Positions 34,854 through 39,026 of a stretch of 39,026 bases of DNA are shown piece by piece. Position numbers and translations under genes: made by a program. Below the pieces are notes generated by a model that saw only the letters and a list, made by a program, of their open reading frames with translations, ran no database searches and was not told where the DNA came from. The stretch is from Myxococcota bacterium (GTDB lineage Bacteria > Myxococcota > UBA4151): assembly GCA_040260805.1 (NCBI GenBank), contig JBDQPD010000024.1, forward strand, positions 1 through 39,026. The letters run 5' to 3'. The stretch's first letter is position 1. Each line of letters opens with the position of its first letter.

Positions 34854-36925
34854 AACACGCCTGTCTTTTCCTCACCGGGTTCTGGTTCGCGGGATGCTTT
34901 GAGCCACCCGGCTCAATTTGCTCCGCAGATACTGATTGCGCTGAAAATCAGCGCTGTATTACGCTGGAGACACGCTCAGTGTGTCTAAACGTCACTACAG
35001 CTGATGCAGGACAGCAACCCAATGCAGATGCTGCGCTCATTCCGGTCGATGGCGGCAGCACGGCCGACGCAGGACAGCCCAACACCGACAGCGGCTCGAC
35101 CCCGCTCGATGGCGGGCAGGTGCCAGACGACGATGGAGGCGTCACCCCGGAACCGGCTGGGCTCGTTGCGACCCTGGGTCGAGACCACAGCTGCGCCGTC
35201 GATGGCGACAGCTTACGATGCTGGGGCGCCAACGACAGCGGTCAACTTGGTTTACGAGAAGCCGAACAAGGCGATCGGTTTGTTCCGGTGCTGGCTTCGG
35301 GAACCGGGGCGGCCGCGCCTGAACATCTAGCCGCAGGCGACGCCTTCACCTGCGCAAGCTATCAAAGCCAGGTCTGGTGCTGGGGACGCAACCCGTTTTC
35401 TGGGGCGACTCCAGAGCCTGCGCGACCGTGGAGTGTGTCGATGCCCAACGCGGCGAGCGTTCAACAACTCGCCGCCGGCTTCTCGCATTACTGTGTCCTA
35501 CTTTCAGGCGGGCGAGTGGCCTGCTCTGGGAGCAACGCCTTTGGTCAGCTCGGGCGTCCGACCGACGCGCCAAACGATGGCAGCCTTCAATTCGTTGAGG
35601 GCGTCGACAACGTCGCCGAGTTGGCGCTTGGCGGTGATCAAAGCTGCGCCTTGCTGAGCTCGGGTCAAGTGACCTGTTGGGGCGTTCGCCCTGATCACAA
35701 CCCAGCCCAAGGCGAGCCTCCCGTCGAAGCCCGAGCGCTCGAGGGTCTGGGCACCGTGATTTCCTTGTCCGTGGGCGCACAGCATCTTTGCGCAGTAAAC
35801 ACCAGCTTCGAGGTCCACTGCCTTGGCGACAACACCTATCGTCAGATTGATCTGGAGCCCATCACACGGCGCAGTATCACCCAGCTTGAGCCGCTTGGGA
35901 TCGGTGTCGAATATCGAGCGGTTCACGCCGCTCGTTATGGCACCTGTGCGGTGACCAGCGACCAACAGGTCTGGTGCTGGGGGATGACCAATACGGATCA
36001 ATTCATCGCGCCGACGCAGGTGCCGAGCTTGGACTCAGTACGCAACATGATACCCGGCAGCATGGCGCGTCATTATTGCGCCCAAACCGAGGATCACGAG
36101 ATGTTCTGCTGGGGACTCGATCACGTCGGCCAGCTCGGTCGAGCCAAATACCAGGCAGGCGAGCACCTGACAGCAGCCGAACAGGTCCAACTAGCGCCTG
36201 GAGGCAACGGCTCCAATGAAAACCCAGCGACGAGCTGCCGACAGCTCGTCGAGCAATACCCCGAGTACAATCCGGGTCGCTTCATCCTACGCCCTTCAGG
36301 CTCCGAGAACCCGATCGAGGTGTACTGTGATTTGGGCTGGACCTTATTGGTGATGGTGCCTGGCACCACCGAACAGGGCTCAGCGGACTATGAAGGATCG
36401 CTTTGGGGGGATGACGATCAAGTGATTCCGCTGCCCGACGACATCACCGCCGCAGCAGCGTACCGGTCACCAGCGTATTCAGCTCTTAGCTACCGCTTCG
36501 TGCGCATCGGCTTCGCTTCTCAAGAGCAAGAGGGGCACCGAACGCTGAGTTTTGAGGATGCGCCGAGGGCTTCGATGCAGGCCGTGATCAGCCGAGGAGA
36601 GTATGTCCCGTTCGGAGCTGGCGCCACCCCCGATGACCGAGACGTTTGGTGTCAACTCCTCGATGGAAACTGCACGTGGGGTTTTACTGGTGATCTCAGC
36701 GCCGGCTACAACGCAACGTACGCAAATTCCGGCGTACGAGTTGGCTTAGCAGCTCGCCAGGATCAACCAAGCTGCAGTGGTCCAACCTTCGCATACCTTG
36801 GAGTGGGTGGGTCGACACCGTCGATCGCTTCGGGGATCGGCCGTAGCTATGCCGCAGTGCGCAACAGCAACTGCACGGGTCATAACTACAATCAAGCCTA
36901 CGCTAGTCGTGTTTGGGTGCGCTGA
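34850..36925 (+). CDS. Lipoprotein with RCC1/BLIP-II repeats and C-terminal fibrinogen-like domain
   Basis: ATGA overlap with the upstream gene; lipobox WFAGC; small Cys domain; linker; about seven repeats of G..H.CA...CWG.N..GQLG; NPATSCRQL...IEVYCDLGWTLL; ends VWVR. Confidence 0.82.
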   Translation: MKHACLFLTGFWFAGCFEPPGSICSADTDCAENQRCITLETRSVCLNVTTADAGQQPNADAALIPVDGGSTADAGQPNTDSGSTPLDGGQVPDDDGGVTPEPAGLVATLGRDHSCAVDGDSLRCWGANDSGQLGLREAEQGDRFVPVLASGTGAAAPEHLAAGDAFTCASYQSQVWCWGRNPFSGATPEPARPWSVSMPNAASVQQLAAGFSHYCVLLSGGRVACSGSNAFGQLGRPTDAPNDGSLQFVEGVDNVAELALGGDQSCALLSSGQVTCWGVRPDHNPAQGEPPVEARALEGLGTVISLSVGAQHLCAVNTSFEVHCLGDNTYRQIDLEPITRRSITQLEPLGIGVEYRAVHAARYGTCAVTSDQQVWCWGMTNTDQFIAPTQVPSLDSVRNMIPGSMARHYCAQTEDHEMFCWGLDHVGQLGRAKYQAGEHLTAAEQVQLAPGGNGSNENPATSCRQLVEQYPEYNPGRFILRPSGSENPIEVYCDLGWTLLVMVPGTTEQGSADYEGSLWGDDDQVIPLPDDITAAAAYRSPAYSALSYRFVRIGFASQEQEGHRTLSFEDAPRASMQAVISRGEYVPFGAGATPDDRDVWCQLLDGNCTWGFTGDLSAGYNATYANSGVRVGLAARQDQPSCSGPTFAYLGVGGSTPSIASGIGRSYAAVRNSNCTGHNYNQAYASRVWVR

Positions 36926-37030
36926 TCGATCGCAGGGGGTGCCGCTAAGCGCTATGCGTTCTGGCTCGCTTGAGCAAAGCGATGGTCTCGGCGCTAAGGT
37001 GAAGTTAAAAGACCGCAGACCTGCCTCTGC

Positions 37031-37052
37031 ATAAGGCGGCCTCTTGCCTTAT
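37031..37052. terminator. Stem-loop between convergent genes (possible bidirectional terminator)
   Basis: ATAAGGC-GGCCTCTT-GCCTTAT: 7-bp stem, extendable by G-U pairs. No clear U-tract. Confidence 0.3.
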
Positions 37053-37103
37053 CTGATCAGATGATACTTCGGCTGCAGCCAGGCGACCGAGAGTGCGGAT
37101 AAT

Positions 37104-38909
37104 TCACCGGGAACGGCGGACATAAACCTGCACATGGTCCCACCAAATACTGAATCGATAGTGGTTCAGACCACTAATCGCGTAGCCACTATCCGGGCCC
37201 GAATCATTACCTTCGAGCAAGAACCCGTTGGCGGGATTGTTCTCGTTAGGACGATGCGAATAGTTCGCGCAGTTCGTGTTGACGGGCCCCATTTTAGCGA
37301 TCGCCCAATTCCAGTGGACTTGGTCGCGGCCCAAGGAAACATTACACGAGACCCAATCGGCAGCTCCGACGGCGCGATACTCAAAACCATTAAAATCGTA
37401 ATTCATGACCAGCGCCTCATAGTTCCATGCCTCTTTGTGAACCCCCCGATACACCGACCCTCGCTGGGTATCGTCGACCCAAATCATATACTCGAGATCT
37501 TCACCGGCTTGGGCATCATTAGAGAACCACTCGAAAGGGAGTCCAAACATGGTGGTGCTGTTCCATGCCGTCGATGTGCTGATCGGTTGATTCCAAGCAT
37601 TAAAAAGTCGCTTCCCACGCTCGTAATTGACGGCGTGTGTCCAACCACCACCATCGATGACCATTTTACATCTAACCCGAATTGCGGGCAGCTCACCATT
37701 CCCATCAGGGTCCACCCAATAGAGGCCATCCAGCGTACCCGGGATTTCATCAAGAAGATGACGACAGTTGTCAGCAGGTACCTCGCGAGTGCGACCAAGA
37801 ACCAACTCGCACTCATCATTGCAGCGATCTAAATTGTTGTTGTTTGAATCGTCACAAGCCTCAAAGCCCTCGTCGTCTTGAGCGATGTCTTGTCGAACAT
37901 AAGCGTCGCCGCAGCGCGCCTCTACGCAGTTGCTCAAACAGGCATCTGTCTGGTCGTTGTTTGCATCATCACAAGCCTCACCCTCTTGAACGAAGCCATC
38001 ACCACAGCGCGGCGTTTGACAAATGCTCGTGCATTCATCGTTTTCGATGTCGTTGCCATCATCACAGGCCTCATAATCGATCTGACCCTCAACTCGGTCT
38101 TCGCGCACAATACCGTCACCACAGGACGCTACAATGCAGCTGTTCGGACAAGCATCAGTCTCGATCTCGTTTTGGTCATCGCAGGTTTCGATCCCCGCCT
38201 GAATGAAGCCATCGCCGCAGGACGCCAGCGCGCAGTTGTTTAAACAACCGTCGGTTGGGTCAGTGTTGCCGTCATCGCAGGCTTCAAAACCTTCTTCGCC
38301 TTCGACCTTGTCCATACGGACGATCTCATCGCCGCAAGTCGCCGCAATACAGCCTCTGGTGCAGGCATCGTTTTGCACCTGGTTGCCGTCGTCGCATTCT
38401 TCAACCCCTTGCTGCAGCAACCCATCACCGCAGCGTGAGATCTGACAGTTGCTGTTGCAGTCATCGTTGTCGCTCAGGTTGCCATCGTCGCATCCCTCAC
38501 CCGGGCCAACAAAGCCGTCACCACAGCTCGCTTGAACACAGTCACTCAAGCAAAGATCTCTTTGCTCTTGGTTAGCGTCATCGCAGGCTTCATAGCCCTC
38601 ATCGCCAGGTTCAAGGTCAGTTCGAGCGACCCCGTCACCGCAGACCGCAAGCCGGCATCCAAAACAGGCGTCGTCGTCGTTATCGTTGCCATCGTCGCAC
38701 GCCTCTGAGCCACCTAAAATCCCGTCGCCGCAGCGCGGCGCTTCAGGCACAAAATCAGCAGCAGGCTCCACACAAAAACCCACCACACACACCGTCCCTG
38801 CGGCGCAGTTTTGCGGCGGCTCTGGGCATCGATCAGCGTTGGACTGGGTGTAGTCCGCCGTCAGGCAGCCCGAGCAGATGACCCAAGCAACCGCTAGCCA
38901 CCTTACCAA
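37104..38909 (-). CDS. Lipoprotein with Myxococcus cysteine-rich (DUF4215-like) repeats and C-terminal fibrinogen-like domain
   Basis: GGAGG before TTG 38909; lipobox-like ICSGC; nine CGDG..E.CDDGN...D.C...C units; PADNCRHLL...DGLYWVDPDG...VRCKMVIDGGGWT; ends VYVRRSR. Confidence 0.85.
   Translation of the reverse strand: MVRWLAVAWVICSGCLTADYTQSNADRCPEPPQNCAAGTVCVVGFCVEPAADFVPEAPRCGDGILGGSEACDDGNDNDDDACFGCRLAVCGDGVARTDLEPGDEGYEACDDANQEQRDLCLSDCVQASCGDGFVGPGEGCDDGNLSDNDDCNSNCQISRCGDGLLQQGVEECDDGNQVQNDACTRGCIAATCGDEIVRMDKVEGEEGFEACDDGNTDPTDGCLNNCALASCGDGFIQAGIETCDDQNEIETDACPNSCIVASCGDGIVREDRVEGQIDYEACDDGNDIENDECTSICQTPRCGDGFVQEGEACDDANNDQTDACLSNCVEARCGDAYVRQDIAQDDEGFEACDDSNNNNLDRCNDECELVLGRTREVPADNCRHLLDEIPGTLDGLYWVDPDGNGELPAIRVRCKMVIDGGGWTHAVNYERGKRLFNAWNQPISTSTAWNSTTMFGLPFEWFSNDAQAGEDLEYMIWVDDTQRGSVYRGVHKEAWNYEALVMNYDFNGFEYRAVGAADWVSCNVSLGRDQVHWNWAIAKMGPVNTNCANYSHRPNENNPANGFLLEGNDSGPDSGYAISGLNHYRFSIWWDHVQVYVRRSR
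37809..38732 (-). repeat. Nine tandem Cys-rich coding repeats (30-39 aa, short and long variants)
   Basis: Counted from the translation. Four long units carry a V.R.D..EG..G(Y/F) insertion. Confidence 0.88.
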
Positions 38910-39026
38910 AACAGCACCCCTCCAACTAAGGCTACGCTGACCCCGATGCCGAGCCCCCAATTGGCGACACTTTGTGCTTGATCAAGTCGTTGAAAGTCAT
39001 CGCTTTGATGAACAACAACTCCGTTA

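Noticed and set aside
36930..37075. Faint TPP-riboswitch resemblance (GGGGTGCC ... CTGATC)
   Set aside because: Lacks the CTGAGA core and lies between two stop codons with no downstream gene to regulate.
1101..37304. Recurrent GCGATCGC (HIP1 octamer) at 1101, 5191, 8226, 17235, 21791, 24703 and 37297, suggesting a cyanobacterial origin alongside cph genes
   Set aside because: About one per 5-6 kb by eye, well below typical HIP1-rich cyanobacteria, and explicable by general GATC/CGATCG richness; gene content is Myxococcota-like.
37134..38575. Long plus-strand ORFs opposite the Cys-rich gene, and similar antisense ORFs across the window
   Set aside because: Shadow ORFs expected in GC-rich coding DNA; the opposite strand carries the recognisable protein.
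34850..39026. Diversity-generating retroelement targeting the lectin-like tips
   Set aside because: No reverse transcriptase and no template/variable repeat pair is visible in the window.

Overview
A gene-dense, GC-rich bacterial window with 30 protein-coding genes and no tRNA, rRNA, CRISPR array or mobile element that I can support. A MYXO-CTERM-like anchor, Myxococcus-type Cys-rich repeats and a TSP3-OmpA protein point to a Myxococcota-like (deltaproteobacterial) diderm; this is inference. Left to right: (1) a perfect 142-bp palindrome at the window start, probably a fold-back or assembly artefact; (2) a FadA6-like thiolase, an Rv3520c-like F420-dependent LLM oxidoreductase and a class II cytochrome c lipoprotein, next to an F420 cluster (npdG, cofE-cofD-cofC, split cofG/cofH); (3) a Ca-binding-repeat surface protein coupled to a barrel-TSP3-OmpA protein (traAB-like layout); (4) an Fe3+ ABC transporter, acs and an unknown membrane protein; (5) a LolA-like/FtsX-ABC/outer-membrane-barrel operon with a TetR regulator and a lipoprotein alpha/beta hydrolase; (6) a cyanophycin operon iadA-cphB-cphA plus a cphA paralog that lacks the ATP-grasp domain but keeps an intact Mur-ligase domain, the best candidate for an undescribed function; (7) a secreted protein with a polybasic tract and two convergent repeat-stalk lipoproteins with fibrinogen-like tips. 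All family calls come from motif recognition by eye; no searches were run.
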